A DNA stretch of 64,000 bases from Cenococcum geophilum (GCA_050273025.1 CP158635.1:14074001-14138000), one strand, 5' to 3'. Shown: positions 13,401 through 27,269, counted from the first letter of the stretch. Numbers and translations are program-made. The notes: generated by a model not told the origin, from the sequence alone.

Positions 13401-14960
13401 CTCCGAGAAGGCCTAATAAAGGTAGAAAATATAATAGCAATACTCTTAAGAATAGGAATAATAGGACTAAAAGATTAGCTTTACTGGGTGGGTGTCCTAG
13501 TAGGTAGCCCAAAATACGAATGTAGCTGGCTAAAATAGACACTAAAACACGTAATACTGCTATACCCCCTACGCACCAATTAAGAAACAATGCTCTTAGT
13601 AGCTAGCATAGAAAACTATAATACACTGCTCTTAATACAAAAAGGCCTCAAGGCGGTCACCTAGTAGCTTATTAGTTAAAATATACTAAATCAGTTCTAG
13701 GTTGCAAGGGAAATAGTAATAGAAGGCAAGGGGGCGAGCAGTAGGTGCCCCCTAGTAACTCTACAGTAGTAGAGTAAAAGTTTGTAATACTAGCGCGTCC
13801 GTAGGCTTGTTACGGCAGCAGTGGTTCCCAAGGAGGTTAAATAGTAAGGTAGTAGAGCACCACAGGCGACTTATAGGCGCTAAGTAGGCGAGTTTTAAAA
13901 GGCGGGGAGATGGATTACAGGGTTTTCTCATTTTCTTAAATAGAGTTTTCTCCCTATATGTAAATAAGGAGTAGTCCGCGTGGGCCTAGTAGGGATCCAA
14001 ATCGGACGTTAAGCAATGAATTATTATTATATACCCTTTAAAAGTCGGCTATAAATGTTATATTTGCTACGTTAAGTCTAATTCTTAATTATCCTAGTCT
14101 TAAGCTTACTATAGCTGTCCATAATAGTCTTCCTACAGGGCATCCTCTCCCTTATATCCCCTGTAACCCTTATATCCCTATACGGTCTAGTAATATCGCG
14201 CGGCGTCACTTTTAGCCCGTTAAGGCTTGGGATAGCTAGCCTAGCCCCCTAGTATTAAAGGTAGGAAATGCTAAAAAGGCACCTACGCCCCCCTAGCTTA
14301 TCGCCTATTATTTCCATTTATATAACCTAGCATGCAGTTATTCCCGCAGCTATTAAGCCCTTATCTTCCATCTCCTATATCTAATGCAGTTTCCTCTCTC
14401 CCACGCCTTATGTATGCTTTAGTGGCAGTTTACGCATTTTATTTAGTCTTAATTTAAGCAGTTTCTTATATTATAGGGGCCTACACAATGGCCGCAGCAC
14501 ACCTATACTGCGTATATAGATTAGGTGTATCCCTATTATATACAGCGGTAGCATTATTCTAGGCGGAGTTTATAGTTATAGAGCCTTACGTTATATATAA
14601 GGCCATTTATAATAATACCTTTTTAGATAAGGAGTTTTTACATTCCTAGTATATATGTGCTAATAATAAGGGAGCTATGCGTTTAACCGGCGTCTCCCTA
14701 GCAAGTCTCTAGCGACCCTTATATTCTTTTATTGTTTTTATCATATACTTAGTTTACATTTTCCTATTAAAGCCATTAGATTTAGGTAATCTCGAGTCCT
14801 AGTATAAGGCGTTCCGTTTATTTTACTATCTTATATATAGTTACTGTATTGTCCGCCTAGCGTCCCTTTTCTACCCTAAGGCTTAGGGGAACCGCTAGGA
14901 CTTCGACTGGGTAATCTTTACAGAGTACTTTTATACCAATACGTTCTCCTAGCCTATCCT

Positions 14961-17900
14961 ATCCATTATATAATATAACTATAGTAATACAAACCACCGT
15001 CTTATAAGGCCCTTACTAGACAGTTTAGACCTAAAGAAATACTATATCCTTATTATATAAGAGCTATACTACAATACCTATATATAATTAATATACTGCC
15101 TTTAAGGATTCTAGCTCCTATACGAACTAAAAGCAGCTATATATATATACTTTATAATTAGTAAGACTATTAGCCTATCCTTATAGTTATAACAGGCAGT
15201 TAATCTAGATATTATAGTTATAATAATCTAGATATATAGAGGACCGGTATAAATTATTAATATATATAACCCTAGGGTTAAAGGGGTCCTATAAACAGAG
15301 AACATTATATTAGTAATAAGCTTACTTAAAACTAAAGGTATAGAGTTTATCCTATTAGGAGATATAAACCTCTACCACCCGCGGTAGGGGGGTATCTATA
15401 TCGCTACTAAATAATAGGTAAAGTACCTACTAAAAGCTATAAACAGCTGGGGCCTTAAGTTGGCTACCCCCCCTAAGTAATTATATGGTAATAAAGATCC
15501 GCCAAAAGTATAATTAACCTTATATTTATAGACGAAGGCCTATACTAGAGACTTAAAAGGTATAACCCTAAAGAAGAATAGGCACTTACCTTAAACTATA
15601 TCCCCATCTAAATATAGCTAGATTTAGACATTAAGGCGTAACTAAATAGTAAAAGATATGCAATAAGGATGCTTAAGGCAGACAGTTTCCTTAATATAGT
15701 TAAATAATAACTCTAAGACCTAAAAGAAATCCACTCGATACTAAATAAGTAAGGCTTATTAGCTACCCCTAAGGAAATTAACTAGGGACTAGAAAGGATC
15801 TAGGCAGTAATTAAAAATAGGCTAAAAGAGCACTGCCTGGTCTTAAGGCCGTGCCCCTATACATAATATATATAGTCCGTATAATGCGCGGTTCTTATAG
15901 CTAGCCAATAATAAGTAAGAAGGAAATACTTAAGTAGCTATAACCCTAAAGATAAGAGATAATATAAAGATATAAGAAACCAGTTAAAGAATACCCTAAA
16001 AAAAAAGTAAGGAATAACTAGAGACGATTTATAAATAAGTATACTTTTAATCTAAGCCTCCCCTATAATAAGGGCCTGTAGGCTATAGCAAAATAGGTAA
16101 AAAAAAAAAGGTAGGGCGATTAGTAGAAGACTTATACCTACTACCCTTATAAAGAGTAGGGGAATTATAGGCCACTAATAATAATAATAATAAGAAGGTA
16201 AAGATCCTTATAAAAAGGTTCTTTCCCTAACTAGCTTTAGCAGACCTTAGTAATATTACGGGTAAAGCACTAGTGACTTACCTATAGGTTAACAGCGATA
16301 TAATAATAGAGGAAATGGCTAGAACTATTAGCCGCCTTTTAAATAATATAGTACTAGGTCTAGATAAGATTCTAAATAAGGCCTTAAAGACCTATAGACC
16401 ACTTATAGCACCCTAGCTTATAAATATAGCTAGAGCATACTTTACTATAGGCTACTACCTATAACTTAGAAGATTTATAATAACGGTTATTCTATAAAAA
16501 GAAGGTAAAGCAAACTACTTAATCCTAGGAAGCTACCGCCCTATTACCTTAGAAAACACCCTTAGTAAGATCTTAGAAAAGGTAATAGCGGACTATATAG
16601 CAGACACGGCTAAGGAATACGCCCTATTACTATAGAGCTAAATAGGGGTAAGAAAGAACTGCTTAATACTATTAGCACTTATACTACTCGCTGCCACCAT
16701 TAAATCTATATAGGCGATGCGAAGGGATTTTATAGTATTAATGCTTAGCCTAAATATTAGTGGCGCCTATAACAACGTACCCTACAAGCGTCTCCTATAT
16801 ATCCTTAGGGTAAAAGGCTTTTTAAAATAGATTATATAATTTATCTAAGGGTTTATAGGTTAAAAAGAAATATTACTAGTCTTTAGCGGATACTAAAGCC
16901 CCCCTATTGTAGTTACAATAGGAATACTATAAGGATTACCCCTCTCGCCTATACTTTTCCTTTTCTTTATAAGCAACCTGCTTAATTCCTTTAAAAAAGG
17001 GGCAACCTAGGGAATAGGCTTTATTAATAACACAAACCTAATTATATACAGGCTATTAGCCGTAGAGAATTACAGAATGCTAGAGAAAGCTTATAACACC
17101 TATATAGAATAGGCAAGACAATATAGAGTTTAATTCTTACTAGAGAAATACTAGCTAATCCATTTTATAAGAAAACGCAAACAATTTATAGATCTTTAGC
17201 ATATAATCCGCATTTAAGGCTTTAGAGGTTAACTAGTTTAGGGCCTAAGGGTATTAGGAGTATAGGTAGATAGTAAGCTCTAGTAGAGCGCATATACGGC
17301 ATAAGCGGCCCATAAGAGCCAAGTATAGTATATTATATTATCTAGAATCGTTAATTTTATATAGGGCCTATGCTTCTAGAGGTCACGCCTACTATATATA
17401 GCAGTTGTCCGGCTAACCATAACATATAGGTCCAGTATTTGGGCCATTAGAGAATCTAAGAAAGGCCCCCCTAAGTCGCTCCTTAAACCACTCTAAAAGG
17501 TCTAAATAGCCTACCTCTAGAGTATAATAGGCGGATATAAGCGAACGGCCATAGTACTGCTTAAGAAGGAAGCCAATATCCCCCCCCTACAACTATATAT
17601 TAAAGCCGCTGCAATATAAAGGGCCTAAAATAAACGCAACTCTAATATTATAAAGTATATTAAGATACGCCTAAACAAACTATAGAGGGACCCTAGGGCG
17701 CCATATAGGAGAATAAACTAATAACCCTAAAGTAGGGAAGATATATTAGAGAAACAGGTAAAGAAAGTAGAAGAAAAATAGTGCTGCTTTAGGGCCTAGG
17801 CCTATATAGAGGAGAAATGGAGACGCGTAAGAGGCTAGTAAAAATAATAATAAGAGAAAAAAAGGAGCTAAAGTAGAGTATAAAAAAACGCTAGGAAACT

Positions 17901-18650
17901 ATCTACCGTAATATAATACTGGTTAGACCAACGCTAGAGAGGTATATAGAAGTTAAAGGTATAGAGGCTAACTAAAGCAAGAGGAACCTAAGCTGTGGTA
18001 TAGTTAATGCTATAGGGGGTAAATACTTTAGGGCTCTAAGAAGGCCTAATAAAGGCAGAAAATATAATAGCAATACTCTTAAGAACAGGAATAATAGGAC
18101 TAAAAGACTAGCTCTACTAGGTGGGTATCTTAGTAGGTAGCCTAAGATGTAAATATAGCTAGCTAAGACAAACACCAAAATATATAATACTATTATACCC
18201 CTTACGCACTAACTAAGAAGTAATACTTTTAGTAACTGGCATAGAAAACTATAATATACTGCTCTTAATATAAAAAGGCCTTAAGGCGGTTACCTAGTGG
18301 CTTATTAGCTAAAATATACTAAACTAGTTCCGGGTTATAAGGGAAATAGTAATAGAGGGTAAGGGGACGAGTAATGGGCGCCCCCTAATAACTCTATAGT
18401 AGTAGAGTAAAGTTTGCAATACTAGCGCGTCTATAGGCTTATTACGGCAGTAGTGGTTCCTAAGGAGGTTAAAAAGTAAGGTAGTAGGAGCACTATAGGT
18501 GACTTATAGGCGCCTTATAGGCGCCTTATAGGTAAGTTCTAAAAGGTAGGGAGATAGATTACGGGGTTTTCTCCCTATATGTATATAAGGAGTAGTTTGC
18601 GTAGGCCCAATAGGGATCCAAATTAGATATTAAGCAATGAATTATTATTA
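14961..18650 (+). mobile_element. LINE family A copy A3, ORF2 + 3' UTR + (TTA)n tail
   Basis: Colinear with A2 10330-14027; ends AAGCAATGAATTATTATTA. Confidence 0.9.
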
Positions 18651-19858
18651 TAAAGCTAAATCTGGTCTATAGATTATGTCTTTTTATACTAAATAAGATC
18701 TATTTAGGTAGTCCTTATATCCTTATAGGATTAAAGGTCTTAATTTCTTCTTTTAAAAGCTTAAAGCCTCCTTCTCCTAAAAAAGGTAGGGTAGGAACCC
18801 TATAGGCTATAATTTAAACATATAGTTATAGATTTTGTTCTCTTTAAAAGGTAAAGCAGTTATGCTAGATTTCCTTATATTTAACTAGGAAATCCATATT
18901 ATACTCTTTTATAGTTATAAAGAGAATATTTTATTTTCCTTTAGTTCTAGCTATAGATGCTAAAACTAGTTTTTCTACTTATAGTTTTAATGTAAATAGT
19001 TAATTAACTTTATTTTATATAGAGAAGGTATCTAAATATTAGTCCTTTTAGTCTATAATTAGGACTAGCTTTCTTTTTTATAGCTACTTTTTCTTACTTC
19101 CAGTGGAAGTAGAAGGAGTAGAAAATAGTAGTAATAAGGAGGGTAAAGAGGATAAAGTAGGGAGGTCCTTTTTTAGCCTCTTTATATAGGTTTCTTTAGT
19201 AAAGGCTACCTTCTTATAGAGAGCTCTTGCTTCTTTAACTAGTCCTTTTAAAATATCTTTTATCTTTTTTTTTCCTTTTATAAAGGGATTTTCTCCTATT
19301 AAAATACTATGTGTATAGTCCTTTAGCTATTTAACTTATTCCTTTTTATCTTTTTCTTTTTCTTCTTTTAGCCCTTTATAGGCCTAGGTTAAGCTATCTA
19401 AAGCCTTTTATAGGTGTTATTTTAGAGAAAGGGGAGAGAAAGATATACTAGGTATACTAGCCGTAAAAGTTCTTATTTTAGTTATCTTTTTTATAGGTTT
19501 TTAGTTTTTTTTTTTTAGTAGAAGACTAAGGATGTTTTTTCTCTCCTATCCTAAATAGGCTAGGAGAAGGAGAAGAGCTAGAAAAAGTAAATATAGATAT
19601 AGACTTATCATTACTTATTTTTATAGAAAGTTTTTTTAAGCCTACTAGGCTTTAGCATTTTATATCTTATAGGGGGGGTTTCTTAGTTTTTACTATCCTT
19701 ATACCCTTTCTTCTTACTAATCCTACTAAAAGATTTCTAGGGAGATTAGGCTAAGAAGTAGTAGAGAAACTAGCCCCTATTTTATAGTTTTTAGTATTAG
19801 TAGTAGTGGTAGTAGTTTTAGTATTCCTATTTATGCCTTACTTATAAGCTAGGGCCAC

Positions 19859-22021
19859 ACCTTTCACCACACATGCAACCTTACCAAAAGGTAGCGCCAC
19901 ACTTCAAAACTTACGCATACCCATCTTACCATCAAAAACAATCGATTTTCCAACTTTTAAGACCTAATTCTTACTGCCTAGCGAGCTAGAGGTGGATTTA
20001 TTTATCATTTTACCCCCTTTACCCTAACAGAAAATTCTTCTTAGGGGTGGTCCTAGCTTATAAGCGAGGCACGGACAGGAACACCAAAACCAAATACCAA
20101 AACCACAGAATATAGAGGCTAGATTTTCTACTACCTTTTAGCCTAATCTCCCCAGAAATCTTCTAGTAGAATTAGTAAGGAGAAAGGGTATAAGGGTAGT
20201 AAAAACTAGGAAACCCCCCTATAAGATACAAAATGCCAAGGCCTAATAGGTCTAAAAAAAAAACCTCCTATAGAAATAAGTGATGAGGATTCTATATCTA
20301 CTTTTTCTCCCCCTTCTCCTTCCCCTGGCCCATTTAGGACAGGAGAAAAAAGAGAACATCCTTAGTCTTCTCCTAAAAAAGAAAACCAAAAACCTGTAAA
20401 AAAGACAATAAAACCAACGACTACTACGGATAGTACGGCTAATATACCTTCCTATTCCCCTTCCTATTCCCCTTCTCCAGAATAATATCTAAGCTTCGCC
20501 CTAGAAAGCCTAACCTAGGCCTGTAAAGGGCTAGAAGAAGAAAAAAAAAAAAGAGAAGAAAAAAAAGAACAAGTTAAATAGCTAGTGTACTATACACGAA
20601 GTATCCTATTAGGAGAAACCCCCTTTACACAAGAAGAAGAAGAAGAAGAAGAAAAAGAAAAGGAAAAGGCAAATAAGGTCCTAAAAGGACTAGTAGAAGA
20701 AGTAAAAGCTCTCCGTAAGGAGGTAGCCTCTACTAAAGAAACCTACGCAGAGAGACTAAAGAAGGACCTCCCTACTTCGTCCTCTCTACCCTCCCCACCA
20801 CTACCATCTCCTACCCCTTCTCCTTCTAGTAGGAGTACTACTTCTACTAGAAGTAAGAAAAAGCAGCTATAAGAAAGGAAGCTAGTCCTAATTATAGACG
20901 AAAAGGACCAACCTTTAGATACCTTCTCTATACGAAACAAAGTTAATTAACTATTCGTATCAAAACTGCAGGTAGAAAAGCTAGTGCTAGCGTCTATAGC
21001 TAGAACTAAAGGAAAACAAAATATTCTCCTTATAATTACAGAAGAGTATAATGCAGATTTCCTAGTCAAGTATAAGGATATTTGGTATAACTGCTTTACC
21101 TTTTAAAGAGAACAAAAACTAGAACCCTGGGTTCAAATTATAGCCTATAGGGTTCCCACCCTACCTTTTCTAGGAAAGGGAGGCTCTAAGCTTCTAAAAG
21201 AAGAAATCGAGACCTTTAATCCTATAAGGATACAAGGACTACCTAGATAGATCTCATCTAGTAAAAAAAGACACAATCCATAGACCAGATTTGGCTCTAT
21301 AGTTTTTACTATAGAGAACGAAGAAAAAAGACAAGAAATCCTCAAGTAAAAAGAGATATTAATTGCAGGTACAGCTACTAAGGTAGTAAAATACCTCGAA
21401 GTCTCTCCTACTACGCAGTGTATAAGCTGCCAAAAATTTGGCCATATAGGAGACAGGTGCTCTACTAGAGCCTGCAGATACTATGCAGCTGCACATTTAT
21501 CTAAAGACCATTCCTATTCTACCTGTATAATAACAGGCAAGCCTTGCCAGCATACCACCCCTCTTTACATTAATTGTAAAGAAAAACACTTTACTAATAG
21601 TAAAGACTGCAAGACTCTTAAAGCAGCTAAACTAGTACGTAAAGAAGATTCTATAGAAGAATAAAACAGATAGGATTCTAAAAGGAGGCAACTCCTACTA
21701 GGCTCTTAAAAAGATATTAGAGAGTAAAAGGACAGAATAAATTGCAAAAGGACAGGGACAGGTGTTAGGATTTCATAGTTTTTCCTACTGTTTTCTTATT
21801 CCCTAGTAGTTGTAGGAACTTAGGGTTTACTAAGGAACTATAAACTCCTAGTTTAGGAGTTTATAAACTACTAGGACATAGCTACTAGTACATATTAAGC
21901 TGCCTAGAAAGAATTCATATATATAGAACTATAGCGCCATAGCCTAGAGGCTGCATGCGCAGTATTATACGTAGTATAATACAATCGGATATAAAAAAAT
22001 ATATATATATATATATATAAA
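19859..22021 (+). mobile_element. Gag-only non-autonomous LINE derivative C2 (~2.16 kb, complete)
   Basis: 13-bp TSD AAGCTAGGGCCAC at 19846-19858 and 22022-22034; A/(TA)n tail; one gag ORF, no EN or RT. Confidence 0.88.
20112..21664 (+). pseudogene. C2 ORF1/gag-like protein with zinc knuckles
   Basis: TTQCISCQKFGHIGDRC...AAAHLSKDH..STC..TGKPCQH...INCKEKH..NSKDC at ~21410-21610; stop TAA 21662-21664; ORF 20585..20872 is a fragment; start approximate. Confidence 0.8.
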
Positions 22022-22223
22022 AAGCTAGGGCCACCCTTAGAGAAATTTTTTCTATTAGGAAAAGGGGGTAAAATAATAAATAAATCCACCTCTGGCTCGC
22101 TAGGCAGTAGGAATTAGGTCTTAAAAGTTAGAAAATTATTTGTTTTTAATAGTAAGATAAGTATACGTAAGTTTTAGAGTATGGCGCTACCTTTTGGTAA
22201 GGTTATATATATAGTAAAGGTTT

Positions 22224-24315
22224 TATATATAACCTTACTAAAAGGTAGTACCACACTCTAAAACTTACGCATACCTATTTTACTATTAAAAACAATTGAT
22301 TTTCTAACTTTTAAGACCTAATTCCTACTGCCTAGCGAGCCAGAGGTGGATTTATTTATTATTTTACCCCCTTTTCCTAATAGAAAAAATTTCTCTAAGG
22401 GTGGCCCTAGCTTATAAGTAAGGCATAAATAGGAATACTAAAACTACTACCACTACTACTAATACTAAAAACTATAAAATAGGGGCTAGTTTCTCTACTA
22501 CTTCTTAGCCTAATCTCCCTAGAAATCTTTTAGTAGAATTAGTAAGAAGAAAGGGTATAAGGATAGTAAAAACTAGGAAAACCCCCCTATAAGATATAAA
22601 ATGCTAAGGCCTAGCAGGCTTAAAAATAAACCTTTTATAAAAATAAGTAATAATAAGTCTATATCTACATTTACTTTTTCTAGCCCTTCTCCTTCTCCTA
22701 GCCTATTTAGGATAAGAGAATTTTTTTTAAGTCTTCTACTAAAAAAGAAAACTAAAAACCTATAAAAAAAGATAACTAAAATAAGAACTTTTATGGCTAG
22801 TATACCTAGTATATCTTTCTCTCCCCTTTCTCTAAAATAACACCTATAAAAGGCTTTAGATAGCTTAACCTAGGCCTATAAAAGACTAAAAGAAGAAAAA
22901 GAAGAAGATAAAAAGGAATAAGTTAAATAGCTAAAGGACTATATACATAGTATTTTAATAGGAGAAAATCCCTTTATAAAAGGAAAAGAAAAGATAAAAA
23001 AATCTTAAAAGGACTAGTTAAAGAAGCAAGAGCTTTCTATAAGAAAGTAGCCCCTACTAAAAAAAACCTATGTAAAGAGGCTAAAGAAGGACCTCCCTAC
23101 TTTGTCCTCTCTACCCTCCTTATTACTATTATTTCCTACTCCTTCTACTTTTACTAGAAGTAAGAAAAAGTAGCTATAAAAAAAAGCTAGTTTTAATTAC
23201 AGACTAAAAGGACTAATTTTTAGATACCTTCTCTATATAAAATAAAGTTAATTAACTATTTATATTAAAACTATAAGTAGAAAAACTAGTTTTAGCATCT
23301 ATAGCTAGAACTAAAGAAAAATAAAATATTTTCTTTATAACTATAAAAGAGTATAATGCGGATTTCCTAGTTAAATATAAGAAAATCTGGAATAACTGCT
23401 TTACCTTTTAAAGAGAATAAAAACTAGAACTATATGTTTAAATTATAGCCTATAGGGTTCCTACCCTACCTTTTTTAGGAGAAGGAGGCTCTAAGCTTCT
23501 AAAAGAAGAAATTAAGACCTTTAATCCTATAAGTATATAAAAACTACCTAAATAGATCTTATTTAGTGTAAGAAGACACGATCTATAGACTAGATTTAGC
23601 TTTATAGTTTTTACTATAAAGAATAAAGAAAAAAGATAAGAAATTCTTAAGTAAAAAGAGATATTAATTGCAGGTATAGCTACTAAGGTAGTAAAATACC
23701 TTAAAGTCTCTCCTACTACGCAGTATATAAGCTGCTAAAAATTTGGCTATATAGGAGATAGGTGCTCTACTAGGGCCTATAAATACTATGCAGCTATATA
23801 TTTATCTAAAGACTATTCCTGTTCTACCTATATAATAATAGGTAAGCCTTACTAGCATACTACCCCTCTTTGTATTAATTATAAAGAAAAACACTTTACT
23901 AATAGTAAAGACTGTAAGACTCTTAAAGCTGCTAAACTAGTACGCGAAGAAGATTCTATAGAAGAATAAAACAGGTAGGATTCTAGAAGGAGGTAATTCC
24001 TACTAGGCTCTTAAAGAGATATTAGAGAGTAAAAGAATAGAAATAAATTATAAAAGGATAGGGATAGGGGTTAGGATTTCTTATATTTTTTCTTACCATT
24101 TTCTTATTCCCTAGTAGTTATAGTATCTTAGTATTTTACTAGGAAACTATAAACTCCTAATTTAGGGGTTTATAAACTACTAGGACATAGCTACTAGTAT
24201 ATATTAAGTTGCCTAGAAAGGATTTATATATATAGAACTATAGCGCTATAGCCTAAGGCTGCATGCGTAGTATTATACGTAGTATAATATAATAGATAAT
24301 AAAGGAATTAAAAAA
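22224..24315 (+). mobile_element. Gag-only element C copy C3
   Basis: Colinear with C2 over its full length including the gag-stop/3' junction; A-rich tail. Confidence 0.88.
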
Positions 24316-27269
24316 AGAAGAATAGGGGCGGCTATTAGGGATATACTAGGACGAATAAATCCTTTATTAAGGTATTTGTTAATATACTTTTTTACAACTA
24401 GAAGTTTGTCTTTAGATATTAGGTAGGGTCTTTTATAAGGTAGCATTTTTCCTTATTTAATATTAATAGTATAGTTATTAGGTCAATGTGGGGGGAGTAT
24501 ATCTACGCTCTTTTATAAGTATATGTTAATAAAGTCGTAGTACCTCTTAGGGAGGAGCTTATAGAGTTCTTCCTTAGTAAGTCCTTTTTTAAGTTTTATA
24601 AACTTCTTAAAGTCTAAAGGTAAAAGTCCGTGGAGTTCCGCAGGGGTATTGTCTTTTAAAAGGTCAACTATGTCTATCCTATTACTATAGAGGACGTAGT
24701 TTTATTCTTTGTTAAGCTTATATAGTCGTAATTAGGAGGCTATAGTAACGGTCTAGCCTTTTCTATATACTATATAGTAGAAGGCCGCGGCACTTATATA
24801 ATAGCAGTTGGTTATAGGTAGGGTAATAAGGGGTTTCTTAAATTAATATCCTAGTAAGTAAATAGAGGCGGCTAGGCTATGTCCTAAGTAAGTCTCTCTA
24901 TAGTATTTAGAGTTAAAGGTTGCTTCTCTCTTTTCCTAGTTAATAATAGGGTTGTATTATTTAAGCTAGCTTATTCTAAGGATAATAAGGTAGTTAGTAA
25001 GTGGTATAATATAGGCCTAGAGCTCTTCTTGGTGTCCGTTTATATATAAGTAAAGTTATACTATATAGGTAATCTTCTATACAGTAGAACTACTATTAGC
25101 GAGTTATAGGGCGCGGGCTTTAGTAAGGGGTAAGGTAGGTAGGCTATAAGTACGCACAAATTAGGTATTTATAAATTTATTAGTAGCTCCACAGTTAATT
25201 ATAAAACGGCTTTTATATTGTTTTTTGGCAGTAGTTCCTATTATAGGTAAAACTATCTATTTCCGTTTATTTATTTTTACTAAGTTATCTATTAAGCAGG
25301 CTAATATATAAATCCTTCTATTATTAAGGCGTCCTAACCTATAACTTAGGGTAAGGACTTAGCGTTTTCTACTTCTATATCTAATTTTACTATTATTACT
25401 ACATCTTTATTTTATATAGTAGTGGCGCGTAGTAATATATTTAGTGTTTAGGGTATTAAGTTAGGTATTAGTTAACGGCTTCTAAACCTAGCTATTAAGT
25501 AGTTTAGGTTATTATAATAATAGCCTTTTTAATGGCATCTATAGCAGCGTCCTAGTTTCTAGAGTAGCTTACGCTCTCTATCTAGGAGTTTTTACGGAAA
25601 GGTTAGTATAGAGAGGTTAATATTGGCTCCCGTGGTACTTAAGGTAGTAGGTGTTAGTAGCCTAATATATATGGATTTAGTAGGCCCGGAGGGCTTCTAC
25701 AAAGAGGTCTTTAGGTAAAGGTTAGCGGTAGCAATCTAATTTAGTTATTATTCAATTTTCTATAGAGCTACTACTATATTATAAACGTCGTTATAGTTAT
25801 AGCTAGCGGCTGCGTAATTAAGGCAATAAGTACCCTTTTTAAGGAGGTCCTCCTAGTCTTTAATATTATCTTAGGTAAGGGCTCTAGTATATTCCTAGAA
25901 TTTAATATAGAATTTATTAAATAATTTAGTAGGGCTTATCTTTAGGGCACGTAGTTTAGCTTAGTTGGTGGCTAGTAGGTTATAGTCGCGGTATATTAGG
26001 TTAAGATTATTAAGGACTTCTTAGTAGGACTACTACTTTTAGGGGCTACTAGTTTCCTATTAGGCGAAGAGTCTATTAAATAGTATACCTTTTATTTACC
26101 CAATAATATAGCTAATCTTAGTATCTTTTATAGGAAAAAGGCAGGCGTTCTAAGTTAGTTTCTTACGGATTTATATCTTTTAGTAGCTGTATTCCTTATA
26201 GTCTCCCTAAAAAACTAGGGGATTAGGGTAGCGTATATTAGACCCTATAGTAGCAGTTTAGGTCCGATTATTATAGCTTTTATTATTACTGCTTTAGTAG
26301 GGGTTCCTATTAGGTAAAGCTGCTTAATACTAGCCCTTTATTAAGTATTAAGTAGGTAAAGTTGCCAGGGGTATAGAGACTTAGGTGGTGTTATATATAG
26401 TAAAGAGGTATCTAGCGTTGTTATAAATGTGCTTATTAAGCTAAGATTATAGGTATTTAATTATACCTTCTTTTTTAGTAACTATAGCAATTAGTATAAT
26501 CTTAGCCTTCTTTAACTATTAGACGTCGCGTTTAGATACGCAGAGGTTGTCTTTAGTTTTTTAACGTATATTATTAGCGAGCGCCTTATAAGCTTATAGG
26601 TCTTAGATAATATTACAATCTTAGGTAATACGTATCTTAACTTATATAAGCTTTAGGTGGTAGTTCTATAAAAGGTAGTAGTATTTATTAGGGTCTTATG
26701 CTACCATTTTTATAAACGTCTCGGCGTCTCGTATTTTAATTTTAATAGGTAGTAGCCCTTCCGTTTGCTTATCTGTAGTTATATAGTTAATAAAAGATAA
26801 GATATTATTAGTGTCCGTCTCCTTAGGGGTTAAGGCTAGAGCTAATAAATTAAATTCTTTTAGAATTGATTGACGTTATAGGTTAAGTATAGGTATTAGG
26901 TTATTCTTTAGGTTTAATATAGTAGCTAATAAGGAATATTGTCTTACTATTATTCGTTCCTTAGGGGTATAAAGTAAGGTAACTTATAAATATACTGCTT
27001 CTGGCAGCGCCTATAGTATTATAGAGACGTAGAATTAGTTATAGACAAAGCGTTAGTGGTAAAAAGGCGCAATGTAATGTTATAGGACGGGGGCAGTGAC
27101 TATAGGCGTATGTATTTAAGGAGTCTACAAGACGTTACGCGATCGATCGTAAGGGTCGAGGGCGTAAGGAGGTGATATACCTACGCGTAGCTGATATAAG
27201 CTATACGTAAGGTGTACGCAAGAGCACGGGGCTCTCCTATAGAGGCCCCTATAGTGGGGTTCCGTAATA
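24316..27269 (-). mobile_element. Ty3/Gypsy family F, 5' half (5' LTR, gag, protease, start of RT)
   Basis: Minus strand: FIINCGATNKFI (protease DxG) ~25170-25220; KGFIRPSISLIAAPILL (RT start) ~24316-24370; LTR at the right end. Confidence 0.8.
27078..27269 (-). repeat. LTR of Gypsy F (~192 bp)
   Basis: TGTTATAGG...CCGTAATA (RIPed TG...CA termini); followed directly by resumption of Gypsy E gag. Confidence 0.7.

Larger units (their letters stand above)
8504..14027 (+). mobile_element. LINE family A copy A2, full length (~5.5 kb), Tad1-like
   Basis: 14-bp TSD TATATACCCTTTAA at 8490-8503 and 14028-14041; (TTA)n tail; gag, APE endonuclease and RT all recognisable. Confidence 0.93.
2569..14960 (-). 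mobile_element. LINE family A copy A1 (Tad1-like), 5'-truncated, interrupted by LINE B and LINE A2; segments 2569-4421, 7959-8503, 14028-14960
   Basis: Reverse complement of A2 (gag 3' part, endonuclease, RT); ORF 3042..3257 YCPIALENTLSKILE is RT. Segments join seamlessly once the TSD-flanked inserts are removed. Confidence 0.9.
18651..22221 (-). mobile_element. Element C copy C1 (5' part of gag-only family), interrupted by C2
   Basis: Reverse complement of C3; 5' terminus at 22221 equals the RIPed reverse complement of the C2 start ACCTTTCACCACACATGCAACC. Confidence 0.85.

Noticed and set aside
13360..13590. Hydrophobic membrane-like ORF (also 17972..18178)
   Set aside because: Antisense to the purine-rich LINE A 3' region; repeated only because the LINE is repeated.
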